NCBI GenBank assembly: GCA_016432285.1
Contig: CP066682.1
Span: forward strand, 188,273 to 252,272
DNA: 64,000 nt
Direction: 5' to 3'
Origin: Candidatus Kaiserbacteria bacterium
GTDB lineage: Bacteria; Patescibacteriota; Minisyncoccia; Phycocordibacterales; UBA2100
The notes under the pieces are model-generated. The model had not been told where the DNA came from, made no database searches, and was given only the letters and a program-made list of their open reading frames with translations. A program made the translations under genes and the position numbers. This document shows, piece by piece, positions 27,066 through 35,511 of the stretch (position 1 is the first letter of the stretch; the number at the start of each line of letters is the position of its first letter).

Positions 27066-27611
27066 ATGGCAAACCCCACCACACAACAGAACACATTCAA
27101 CGCCCTCAAGGGGGATCTCGGCTTTTCCAACGTGATGCAGGCGCCGAAGATCCAGAAGGTCGTCGTCTCGGTCGGCGTCGGCAAGGTGAGCAAGGACAAA
27201 AAGCGACTCGATCTCATCCTCGATCGGCTCACGCGGATCACGGGGCAAGCTCCTGCGCCGCGCGCCGCCAAGAAGGCGATCGCCAACTTCAAGAGCCGCG
27301 TCGGCGACATCGTGGGCTACCAGGTCACGCTCCGGGGGCAACGCATGCAGACCTTTCTCGACAAGCTGATCCACATCGTGCTCCCACGCGTGAAGGACTT
27401 CCGCGGACTGAAGGCGAGCGCCATCGACGAGATGGGCAACATCACGCTCGGTATCAAGGAGCACGCGGTCTTCCCCGAGACGGCGGACGAAGACTCGAAG
27501 GATCTCTTCGGGCTCGCGATCACGATCACGACGAGCGCGAAAAATAAGAAAGACGCTGAAGCTTTCCTCCGCCACGTTGGCCTCCCTCTCCAGGCTCCTG
27601 ACAACAAATAA
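27066..27611 (+). CDS. rplE: 50S ribosomal protein L5
   Basis: ITGQAP, VTLRG, LPRVKDFRG. Confidence 0.98.
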   Translation: MANPTTQQNTFNALKGDLGFSNVMQAPKIQKVVVSVGVGKVSKDKKRLDLILDRLTRITGQAPAPRAAKKAIANFKSRVGDIVGYQVTLRGQRMQTFLDKLIHIVLPRVKDFRGLKASAIDEMGNITLGIKEHAVFPETADEDSKDLFGLAITITTSAKNKKDAEAFLRHVGLPLQAPDNK

Positions 27612-27614
27612 AAC

Positions 27615-27640
27615 AAACGGCCGCCCGAGGGCGGCCGTTT
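27615..27640 (+). terminator. hairpin/terminator after rplE
   Basis: AAACGGCCGCC-CGAG-GGCGGCCGTTT. Confidence 0.65.
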
Positions 27641-27672
27641 GCGTGTTGAACGTTCTCCAAAAATGCAATTCG

Positions 27673-27701
27673 TTGACTTTGCCGGAGGCATCGCCTATAG
27701 T
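27673..27701 (+). promoter_or_regulatory. internal promoter upstream of rpsN
   Basis: TTGACT-N17-TATAGT. Confidence 0.7.
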
Positions 27702-27884
27702 GTCGAAGCCTCGTAAGGGGCTTTGTTTTTTAGCAAGTCCTGAGCTTGTCGAAGGAGACTGCGAGAAACGAAGCACGGAGGAAGCGTCTCTAACCCAACA
27801 TCCGAAAGGTGGGGTGCCAGAGCTTCCAACACTCCTTTAAGGCACCCTTCGACTTCGCTCAGGGTAAAATTTTTTCAAAATTTT

Positions 27885-28070
27885 ATGGCCAAAAAATCAA
27901 TGATCGTCAAAGCCAATCGGAAGCCGAAGTTTTCTTCGCGCACCGTGCGGCGCTGCTTCAAGTGCGGACGCCCGCGCGGCTTTATGCGCGATTTCAATCT
28001 CTGCCGTATCTGCTTCCGCGAGGAGGCTCTCGAGGGCAACATCCCCGGTGTCAAAAAAAGCTCATGGTAA
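27885..28070 (+). CDS. rpsN: 30S ribosomal protein S14, zinc-binding type
   Basis: 61 aa, [10 protein letters not shown]...LCRICFRE...KKSSW. Confidence 0.98.
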   Translation: MAKKSMIVKANRKPKFSSRTVRRCFKCGRPRGFMRDFNLCRICFREEALEGNIPGVKKSSW

Positions 28071-28459
28071 ACGATCCCGTCGCAGACTTTCTCGTGCGCC
28101 TCAAGAGCGCAGCAGACATCCGCCGCTCCAGCGTGAGCGTGCCGTTCTCCTCCTTTAAAATGGCGATCGCCGAGAAGCTCAAAGACGCGGGCTTTCTGAA
28201 AGCGATCGAAAAGAAGGGCAAGAAGGTACGGAAGACGCTCGACGTAACGCTCAGCTACCTCGAGAGCGGCCAGCCCGCGATTCTCGGCGTGAAGCGCATC
28301 TCGAAGCCCGGCCGCCGCGTCTACCGCGGCGTCAACGAGATTCACCGCGTGCGATACGGCAAGGGCGCCCTCATCCTCTCGACCCCGAAAGGCATCAAGA
28401 CCGATAAAGAAGCCCGTAAAGAGAAGATTGGTGGGGAAGCCCTTTTCGAAATCTGGTAG
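28064..28459 (+). CDS. rpsH: 30S ribosomal protein S8
   Basis: [32 protein letters not shown]. Confidence 0.98.
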   Translation: MVNDPVADFLVRLKSAADIRRSSVSVPFSSFKMAIAEKLKDAGFLKAIEKKGKKVRKTLDVTLSYLESGQPAILGVKRISKPGRRVYRGVNEIHRVRYGKGALILSTPKGIKTDKEARKEKIGGEALFEIW

Positions 28460-28489
28460 TTCGACGATGCTCACTATAAATAAATCACT

Positions 28490-29035
28490 ATGAGTCGCAC
28501 CGGCAAACAGATCATCAAGATTCCCGCAGGCACCGAAGTCTCGGTGGGAGAGGGTGCCGTGACGGTAAAGGGCAAGGGCGGCACGCTCGTGAAGCAGCTG
28601 CACCGCGCGATCAACATCGTCGTTCAAAACGGTGAGGTATCGGTGCAGCCGGTGGAAAAGACGCGGTTGGCGCGCGCGCTGTGGGGCACCTACGCCGCGC
28701 ATGTCCGCAACATGATCTCCGGCGTCAACACGCCGTTTGTCAAAAAGCTCCAGGTGGAAGGCATCGGCTATCGCGCGGAGCTCTCCGGCAAACAGCTGAA
28801 GCTCGCGGTCGGGCTCTCTCATCCCGTGCTGGTCGCAATTCCCGAAGGCATTTCTGTCGCCGTGGAGAAGAACATCATCTCCGTATCGGGCGCCAATAAA
28901 GAAGACGTCGGCGAATTCGCCGCGAGCGTGCGCGCCGTCAAAAAGCCGGAGCCGTACAAGGGCAAGGGCATTCGCTACGAAGGCGAAGTCGTACGCCAGA
29001 AGCAGGGCAAGAAGGCAGCCGCCGCAGCCGCATAA
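28490..29035 (+). CDS. rplF: 50S ribosomal protein L6
   Basis: MSRTGK, PEPYKGKGIRY. Confidence 0.98.
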   Translation: MSRTGKQIIKIPAGTEVSVGEGAVTVKGKGGTLVKQLHRAINIVVQNGEVSVQPVEKTRLARALWGTYAAHVRNMISGVNTPFVKKLQVEGIGYRAELSGKQLKLAVGLSHPVLVAIPEGISVAVEKNIISVSGANKEDVGEFAASVRAVKKPEPYKGKGIRYEGEVVRQKQGKKAAAAAA

Positions 29036-29038
29036 TCT

Positions 29039-29386
29039 ATGAGTACTTCGCAAAAACAGATGCAACGAGAACGACGCCACCGCCGCGTGCGAGCCCGCGT
29101 CGCAGGCAGCGCCACGCGGCCGCGCCTTTCGATCTACAAGTCCAACACGCGCATCATCGCGCAGATCATCGACGACGAAGCCGGGAAGACGCTGGTAGCG
29201 GTTTCCTCCGCATCCGAAAAGGGCAAAACTCCGCGCGAGCGCGCCGAGAGTGCCGCGGCAAGCCTCGCCAAGCGGGCGAAAGAGGCGGGCGTGAAGGCTG
29301 TCGTCTTTGACCGCGGCGGCTTCCAGTATGCCGGGACGATTAAAGCATTTGCAGACGCGGCACGAGAGGCCGGATTGGAGTTTTAA
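29039..29386 (+). CDS. rplR: 50S ribosomal protein L18
   Basis: RPRLSIYKSN, VVFDRGGFQY, AREAGLEF. Confidence 0.98.
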   Translation: MSTSQKQMQRERRHRRVRARVAGSATRPRLSIYKSNTRIIAQIIDDEAGKTLVAVSSASEKGKTPRERAESAAASLAKRAKEAGVKAVVFDRGGFQYAGTIKAFADAAREAGLEF

Positions 29387-29401
29387 TATTCAGCTATTCG
29401 T

Positions 29402-29989
29402 ATGGCACAAGAGACACAAGACGAAAAGGTAGTTACGGCCCCAGAAGTCGCCGCCCCGGTGGCGGTGCAGCCAGAGCGCCGCGCGCCGCGCGGCCGAATG
29501 GGTGATCGACGCGGAGGTCCGCGTGAGCGGCGTGGGGGTCCGCGCGACGAGCGGCGCAGCGAATTCGCGCAAAAGCTCATCGGCATCCGCCGCGTGGCCC
29601 GCGTCATGGCAGGCGGTCGCCGTTTCAATTTCTCGGCCGCGCTCGTCTTGGGCGACAAGAAAGGACGCGTCGGCGTGGGGCTCGGCAAAGCAGCCGATAC
29701 ACAGCTTGCGATCGAAAAAGCCACCCGCTCCGCGAAGCGCCACATGCTGACCCTCAACCTCACCAAAACCCGCAGCATCCCGCACAACATCGGCGCAAAA
29801 TTCACCGCATCCCGCGTGGAGATCCGCCCCAGCCCAGGCCGCGGACTCGTCGCCGGCTCTTCGGTGCGCACCGTCCTCGAGCTCGGCGGCGTGACCGACG
29901 TAACGGCAAAGATTCTTTCGCGAAGCCACAACCCGGTCAACAACGCGCGCGCGGCACTCGCGGCCCTGAAGGAGATTTCCAAAAAATAG
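29402..29989 (+). CDS. rpsE: 30S ribosomal protein S5
   Basis: GGRRFNFSAALVLGD, VGVGLGKA. Confidence 0.98.
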   Translation: MAQETQDEKVVTAPEVAAPVAVQPERRAPRGRMGDRRGGPRERRGGPRDERRSEFAQKLIGIRRVARVMAGGRRFNFSAALVLGDKKGRVGVGLGKAADTQLAIEKATRSAKRHMLTLNLTKTRSIPHNIGAKFTASRVEIRPSPGRGLVAGSSVRTVLELGGVTDVTAKILSRSHNPVNNARAALAALKEISKK

Positions 29990-29990
29990 T

Positions 29991-30440
29991 ATGGCCACGC
30001 TCAATTTGATTAAGAGAGTAGGGAAGCGCGTGAAGCAACGTGTCGGACGCGGGCAGTCGAGTGGCCGCGGCAAAACAGCCGGGCGCGGCACCAAGGGGCA
30101 GAACGCGCGCTCGGGCCGCAAGAAGCGCCCAGAGATCCGCGACATCATCAAAAAGATCCCGAAGCGTCGCGGCTTCGGCAAAAACCGCGGTCGCACGGTC
30201 GTCGGCACTCGCCTCGACGCGCTGCCGGTCTCTCTCGGGGATCTCGAAACGCTTTTTGATACGGGCGCGGAGGTCTCGACTGGCTCCCTCATCGAGCGCG
30301 GCGTCATGAAGGAGCGCAACGCGCAGCCCGTGAAAATCGTGGGCGGCGGTACGCTCACCAAAAAGCTTTCCGTGAAGGGCCTCAGCGTATCCGCTTCGGC
30401 GCGCGCGGCTATCGAAAAGGCCGGTGGCACGATTGCATAA
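29991..30440 (+). CDS. rplO: 50S ribosomal protein L15
   Basis: RVGRGQSSGRGKTAGRGTKGQNARSG; follows rpsE directly (no L30). Confidence 0.98.
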   Translation: MATLNLIKRVGKRVKQRVGRGQSSGRGKTAGRGTKGQNARSGRKKRPEIRDIIKKIPKRRGFGKNRGRTVVGTRLDALPVSLGDLETLFDTGAEVSTGSLIERGVMKERNAQPVKIVGGGTLTKKLSVKGLSVSASARAAIEKAGGTIA

Positions 30441-30443
30441 ACT

Positions 30444-31718
30444 ATGTGGCAGGCATTCCTCAGAAAAACGCGCCTCATCATCGAGGACGAAACACTGCGC
30501 TCGCGCGTCCTCTTTGTCTTGGGCGCGCTCATCGTTTTCCGCGTGCTCGGCGCGATCCCGATTCCCGGCATTGATGCGGCGGCACTCTCGAACTACTTGC
30601 AGAACAACCAGTTTCTCGGACTTTTGAACATCTTCTCTGGCGGCGGCTTTTCCACGCTCTCGATCGTGATGATCGGCGTCTCGCCCTACATCACCGCATC
30701 CATCGTCATGCAACTCGCCACCGTCCTCTCTCCGCGCCTCAAGGCGATCTATCAGGAAGAGGGGGACGCGGGGCGCCAGCGCTTCATGCAGTACTCGCGC
30801 TACCTCACGATTCCGCTCGCATTCATCCAGGCATTCGGCTTCCTCATTCTTTTGGAGCAGAACGGCGTCGTGCCGCAGCTTGGCGCGATGCAGACGATGA
30901 CCAACATCTTTGTGATCGCCGCCGGTGCCATGCTCTTGATGTGGATTGGAGAGCTGATCACCGAGTACGGCGTCGGCAACGGCGTTTCCCTCATCATCTT
31001 CGCGGGCATCGTCGCCTCGATTCCCGCCTCGATCGCACAATTCGTCTTTTCATTCGACATCGCGCAGCTTCCGGCGTATGTCGGCTTTCTCATAGCGGCC
31101 GTGCTCATCGTGGCGGGCGTCGTATTCATCTCCGAGGCGGAGCGTCCGATTCCCGTCACCTACGCGCGCCGCGTGCGCGGCATGAAGGTCATGGGCGGCA
31201 TCTCCACGTACCTGCCGCTGCGGGTCAACCAGGCGGGCGTCATGCCCATCATCTTCGCGCTCTCGATTCTGCTTTTTCCGCAGATGATCGGATCGTTCCT
31301 CGCCAAGAGCTCGATCCCGCTCGTCGCCTCGATCGCGAGCGCCGTGGTCTCCGGCCTCGCCAATCAGTGGATCTACGGCACGCTCTATTTCCTCATGGTG
31401 GTCATCTTCACGTACTTCTACACCGCGATCACCTTCGAGCCGCACCAGATCGCCAAGAACCTCCAGAAGAACGGCGCTTTCGTGCCGGGTGTGCGCCCCG
31501 GCGGCACGACCTCCGACTATCTCGGCAACATCATCACGCGCATCACGCTCGTCGGCGCGCTTTTCCTCGGCTTTCTGGCGGTACTCCCGATCATTCTCCA
31601 AGGCCTCACGGGCATCACGGCGCTCACGATCGGCGGCACCGCGCTTTTGATCGTTGTCTCGGTGGTGCTCGATGTGGTGAAAAAGATTGACGCGCAAACC
31701 TCCATCAGGGAATATTAG
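30444..31718 (+). CDS. secY: preprotein translocase subunit SecY
   Basis: IGVSPYITASIVMQL, GNGVSLIIFAGI, PGVRPG, GGTALLIVV. Confidence 0.99.
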   Translation: MWQAFLRKTRLIIEDETLRSRVLFVLGALIVFRVLGAIPIPGIDAAALSNYLQNNQFLGLLNIFSGGGFSTLSIVMIGVSPYITASIVMQLATVLSPRLKAIYQEEGDAGRQRFMQYSRYLTIPLAFIQAFGFLILLEQNGVVPQLGAMQTMTNIFVIAAGAMLLMWIGELITEYGVGNGVSLIIFAGIVASIPASIAQFVFSFDIAQLPAYVGFLIAAVLIVAGVVFISEAERPIPVTYARRVRGMKVMGGISTYLPLRVNQAGVMPIIFALSILLFPQMIGSFLAKSSIPLVASIASAVVSGLANQWIYGTLYFLMVVIFTYFYTAITFEPHQIAKNLQKNGAFVPGVRPGGTTSDYLGNIITRITLVGALFLGFLAVLPIILQGLTGITALTIGGTALLIVVSVVLDVVKKIDAQTSIREY

Positions 31719-31727
31719 GCGCACGAT

Positions 31728-32318
31728 ATGACGGGGCTCGGCAAACAGGTCATCGTCATTGCCGGTCCTTCCGGGAGCGGCAAGAACGTGATCATTCGCG
31801 AGATCATGCAGCGCTACCCAAAGTGCGAGCGCCTCGTGACGGCCACGACACGGAAGGCGCGTCCGGGAGAGCGGGACGGCGTCGACTACTATTTTTTTAC
31901 ACAGGAACAATTCGATAGGGAGCGCGGGCTCGGGCACATCCCCGAGCACCGCTTTGTGCCGGCCTTGAACACCTACTACGGCACCTATCTGCCGGATCTG
32001 GAGAAGCGCATTCAGAAAGGAAAGATCGTCTTCGCGCAGGTGGATATCGAAGGCGCCCGACTCCTCAAGGAGCGCTACAAGGCGGTTACGATTTTCATCA
32101 TGCCAGAATCGCTCGATCAGTTTCGCGGGCGTCTTCGGGCGCGCAATCCGGAGTGGTCGCAGAAAGAATTCGACGCCCGCATGAAAATCACCGAACAGGA
32201 GATTCGGGTACACGCGCCGCAGTACGATCACCGCGTGGTCAACGCCGATGGTGCCCTCCACGAAACGGTCAATCGCGTCATAGAGATTTTGCAAAAAGAA
32301 GGCTACAATCTCGCATAA
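31728..32318 (+). CDS. gmk: guanylate kinase
   Basis: GPSGSGKN, TTRKARPGERDGVDYYF, YYGT. Confidence 0.92.
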   Translation: MTGLGKQVIVIAGPSGSGKNVIIREIMQRYPKCERLVTATTRKARPGERDGVDYYFFTQEQFDRERGLGHIPEHRFVPALNTYYGTYLPDLEKRIQKGKIVFAQVDIEGARLLKERYKAVTIFIMPESLDQFRGRLRARNPEWSQKEFDARMKITEQEIRVHAPQYDHRVVNADGALHETVNRVIEILQKEGYNLA

Positions 32319-32321
32319 CGT

Positions 32322-32918
32322 ATGCAACCGATCACTGTCGCATTTTTTGGTATTTCCGGCTCCGGCAAGGGGACGCAGTGCGTGCTCCTGGAGAAATTCC
32401 TCCAAGAAAACGACGCGTCGCGAGCGGTCGTGCGGCCGGAAATGGGCGATCTGCTGCGCACGTTCATGCAAAGCGGTACCTCGCTCGCCAAGGCCACCGG
32501 CGAGATCGTGAATTCCGGGGGCCTCGTGCCCTCCTTTATCCCGATCTACATGCTGACGGGCGTCTTAAACGAATCCTTCGATGGCACGCAGCATCTCATT
32601 CTCGACGGCACCTGTCGCCGCCCCGACCAGTCGCGCGCCGTCGACGAGATGATGCGGCTGTGGAAGCGGGAGAACCTCCAGGCAATCGTACTCACGCTCT
32701 CGCGCGAATCCGCCAAAAAGCGCCTCATCGCACGCGGACGCGTCGATGACGCCAAAGACGAAGCCCTCGCGAGCCGCTTCGCGTGGTACGAGGAGCACGT
32801 TGTGCCTTCCATCGAGGAGCTGCGCACACTCGGCTGGACAATCCACGAAGTAGACGGCGAGCCGGAGGTTGAGACAGTGCAAAAAGAAATCCGCAAAGCG
32901 CTCGGACTCACACAATGA
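32322..32918 (+). CDS. adk: adenylate kinase family protein
   Basis: GISGSGKGTQ, GDLLR, GGLVP, LDGTCR, RGRVDD. Confidence 0.88.
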   Translation: MQPITVAFFGISGSGKGTQCVLLEKFLQENDASRAVVRPEMGDLLRTFMQSGTSLAKATGEIVNSGGLVPSFIPIYMLTGVLNESFDGTQHLILDGTCRRPDQSRAVDEMMRLWKRENLQAIVLTLSRESAKKRLIARGRVDDAKDEALASRFAWYEEHVVPSIEELRTLGWTIHEVDGEPEVETVQKEIRKALGLTQ

Positions 32919-33685
32919 TCGTACGCAATCAGGAAGACATCGAGATACTGCGCGAAGGGGGCCGCAGGCTCGCACGGCACGTCCGCACCTTGAGCGAAAT
33001 GGCGCGCCCAGGCGTACAGGCGGCCGATCTCGAGAAGGCGGCACGCGACATGGTGGAAAGCGACGGCGACGAGCTCGCCTTTTACAATTACAAGACGAAG
33101 CGCGATACGCACGGCTTTCCCTCCGGGCTCTGCCTTTCGGTCAACGACGTCATCGTGCACTCGCCGGCTGGGCAGAACAACGCAGTTATACAGGAGGGGG
33201 ATGTCGTGTGCATCGATTTTGGCATCAAGCATCGCGGCCTTTTTACCGACCACGCGACTACGGTGATCGCGGGGAAGCCGAAGAGTGCTGAAGACGAGCG
33301 CCTCGTCAAAGGCACCTTCGAGGCGCTTGCCGCCGGCATCAAAGAGGCGAGAGTCGGCAACACGACGGGCGACATCGGCCATGCAGTGGAAAAAATCGCG
33401 AAAAAATACAAGTTCGGCTTCCCCCGCAATCTCTCCGGGCACGGCGTCGGTCTCCATGTACACGAAGAGCCGCACGTGCCGAATTTTGGCAAACCGGGAG
33501 AAGGCGAGACGCTCGTCGAAGGTCTCGTGATCGCGATTGAGCCTATGATGACGCTCGGCTCCGGCGACCTCTACATCGACGACGACGGACACTCATACCG
33601 CACGAAAGACGGCTCCCGCACCGCGCACGCCGAGCATACCGTTTTAATCACTGCGAGCGGCCCTGAGATTTTGACGAAGGAATAG
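32915..33685 (+). CDS. map: methionine aminopeptidase type I
   Basis: CLSVNDVIVH, IDFG, GHGVG..VHEEP, IAIEPM, AHAEHT. Confidence 0.96.
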   Translation: MIVRNQEDIEILREGGRRLARHVRTLSEMARPGVQAADLEKAARDMVESDGDELAFYNYKTKRDTHGFPSGLCLSVNDVIVHSPAGQNNAVIQEGDVVCIDFGIKHRGLFTDHATTVIAGKPKSAEDERLVKGTFEALAAGIKEARVGNTTGDIGHAVEKIAKKYKFGFPRNLSGHGVGLHVHEEPHVPNFGKPGEGETLVEGLVIAIEPMMTLGSGDLYIDDDGHSYRTKDGSRTAHAEHTVLITASGPEILTKE

Positions 33686-33700
33686 AGTACACTGTTCCGC

Positions 33701-34972
33701 ATGATCGACGTACTGCTCGTCGGAGGCGGTGGCAGAGAGCACGCGATCGCGTGGAAGCTGAAGCAATCGCCCCGCCTCGGGAAGCTCTTTATCGCGCCCG
33801 GCAACGGCGGCACGCGACTCGTGGGTGAAAACGTACCGATCGGTGCGATGGAATTCGAGAAGCTGGCGAATTTCGCTGAAGAAAAGAAGATAGGGCTCAC
33901 GATCTGCACCATGGACGACCCGCTCGTGGAGGGCATCGTGGATTTTTTTCAATCGCGCGGACTCCGAATTTGGGGTCCGTCGAAGGCGGCCGCACAGCTC
34001 GAAGGATCGAAAGCGTTCTCGAAGCTTTTCATGCAAGAAGCGGGTATTCCCACCGCAGAGTTCGGCGTCTTCACCGAATACGAAAAAGCCCTCGATTACG
34101 TCCGAGCGAAGGGAGCACCGATCGTCGTGAAAGCGAGTGGCCTCGCGCTCGGGAAAGGGGTTACGGTCTGTACGTCCATGCAAGAAGCCGAAGCAGCCCT
34201 CGAAGCTATCTTCGTCAAAAAGCTGTTCGGCGACTCCGGCAAGCAAGTCGTGATCGAGGAGTTCCTCGACGGCCCCGAAATCTCAATCCACGCGATCTCC
34301 GACGGGAACACGTACACGATGTTTCCTCCTTCGCAGGATCACAAGCGCGCGCTCGATCATGACGAGGGCAAAAATACCGGCGGCATGGGCGTGATCGCCC
34401 CGCTTCCTTTCGTCGACGAGTCGCTCACAGAGGAAATCGAGCGAACGATCGTCCGGCCGACGTTTGAGGCGCTGAAAAAGAGAGGAATTCTTTTTTCCGG
34501 CGTGCTCTATCCTGGGCTCATACTGAGCAAAAAGGGTCCGAAAGTGCTTGAATACAACGCTCGCTTCGGTGATCCGGAAACGCAGGTGTACATGCGCCTC
34601 TTGAAGACCGATGTGTTGGACATATGTGAGGCCTGCGTCGACGGTACGCTCGCCGATCAGCCGATAGAGTGGCTTCGCGGCTTCGCGGCGAATATCGTTC
34701 TCGCTTCCGGCGGCTATCCCGACGAATATAAAAAGGGTGTGCCGATCGGCGGTATCGAAGAAGCGGAAAAGATCGACGGCATCGTGGTCTTCCACGCCGG
34801 CACGACGTTCGATGGGGAACTAAAGACAAATGGCGGTCGCGTGCTCGGCGTCTCTGCGATCGGAAAGACACTCAAGGAGGCGCTCGACACCGCGTACGAA
34901 GCGGTAGAAAAAATTCAGTTCGAAGGCAAGCAGTTTCGCCGCGACATCGGCACCAGGATCTTTCAGATCTGA
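33701..34972 (+). CDS. purD: phosphoribosylamine-glycine ligase
   Basis: GGGGREHAIAW, LEGSKAFSK, QDHKR, NTGGMG, EYNARFGDPETQ, TNGGRVL. Confidence 0.96.
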   Translation: MIDVLLVGGGGREHAIAWKLKQSPRLGKLFIAPGNGGTRLVGENVPIGAMEFEKLANFAEEKKIGLTICTMDDPLVEGIVDFFQSRGLRIWGPSKAAAQLEGSKAFSKLFMQEAGIPTAEFGVFTEYEKALDYVRAKGAPIVVKASGLALGKGVTVCTSMQEAEAALEAIFVKKLFGDSGKQVVIEEFLDGPEISIHAISDGNTYTMFPPSQDHKRALDHDEGKNTGGMGVIAPLPFVDESLTEEIERTIVRPTFEALKKRGILFSGVLYPGLILSKKGPKVLEYNARFGDPETQVYMRLLKTDVLDICEACVDGTLADQPIEWLRGFAANIVLASGGYPDEYKKGVPIGGIEEAEKIDGIVVFHAGTTFDGELKTNGGRVLGVSAIGKTLKEALDTAYEAVEKIQFEGKQFRRDIGTRIFQI

Positions 34973-35415
34973 GTTCCCTGATCGTTTTTCTCCTCTGCGA
35001 TTTCGATTATTTTAGCCCCTGCCGGCGAGTGGATGATAGACTCGAGTTTTCTAGTGGCGTCATCCCGGATCGTCAGCAATTGAGTCTTGGCATTATCGAG
35101 AAGAGGCTGATCGACGGACCTCCCCCCCATTTCCCTTATCGTACTTGCATAGCCGGTCAACGTCTCAAGGTTACCGATGGTCCTTACCGCATCGTTCAAT
35201 ATAGTCAGATAGGCAGTGTGTGCTTTAAAAAAAGCATCCTGGATTTGTTCCATCGGTCTGCCGGCACGGTCGAACGTAGCATTTGCACCTACATTCTGAA
35301 GTTTATTCCCGAGACTGTCCACTTTATCCGCGATATCCTCATAGCCGTTCCTAACAACCTGGTCGAGCGTATTGAATTCACTTTTTTTCTCCTGATTCTT
35401 CGACAGTTCTTCCAT
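34963..35415 (-). CDS. hypothetical helical protein, lower GC
   Basis: MEELSKNQEKK start; coiled-coil-like; AT-richer than flanks. Confidence 0.55.
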   Translation of the reverse strand: MEELSKNQEKKSEFNTLDQVVRNGYEDIADKVDSLGNKLQNVGANATFDRAGRPMEQIQDAFFKAHTAYLTILNDAVRTIGNLETLTGYASTIREMGGRSVDQPLLDNAKTQLLTIRDDATRKLESIIHSPAGAKIIEIAEEKNDQGTQI

Positions 35416-35511
35416 AAGGATGTACGTGGATAATGAGTATGTCTCCAAAATACCCCCCCTCCCCAATTTCGCAAGCAGCCCCGCCGGATAAGTCAATGCT
35501 ATACTTTTTGC

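Noticed and set aside
21355-33592. Long antisense ORFs over ribosomal protein genes, secY and map (and 52368-54218 beyond smpB)
   Set aside because: Shadow ORFs expected from high-GC codon bias opposite well-conserved genes
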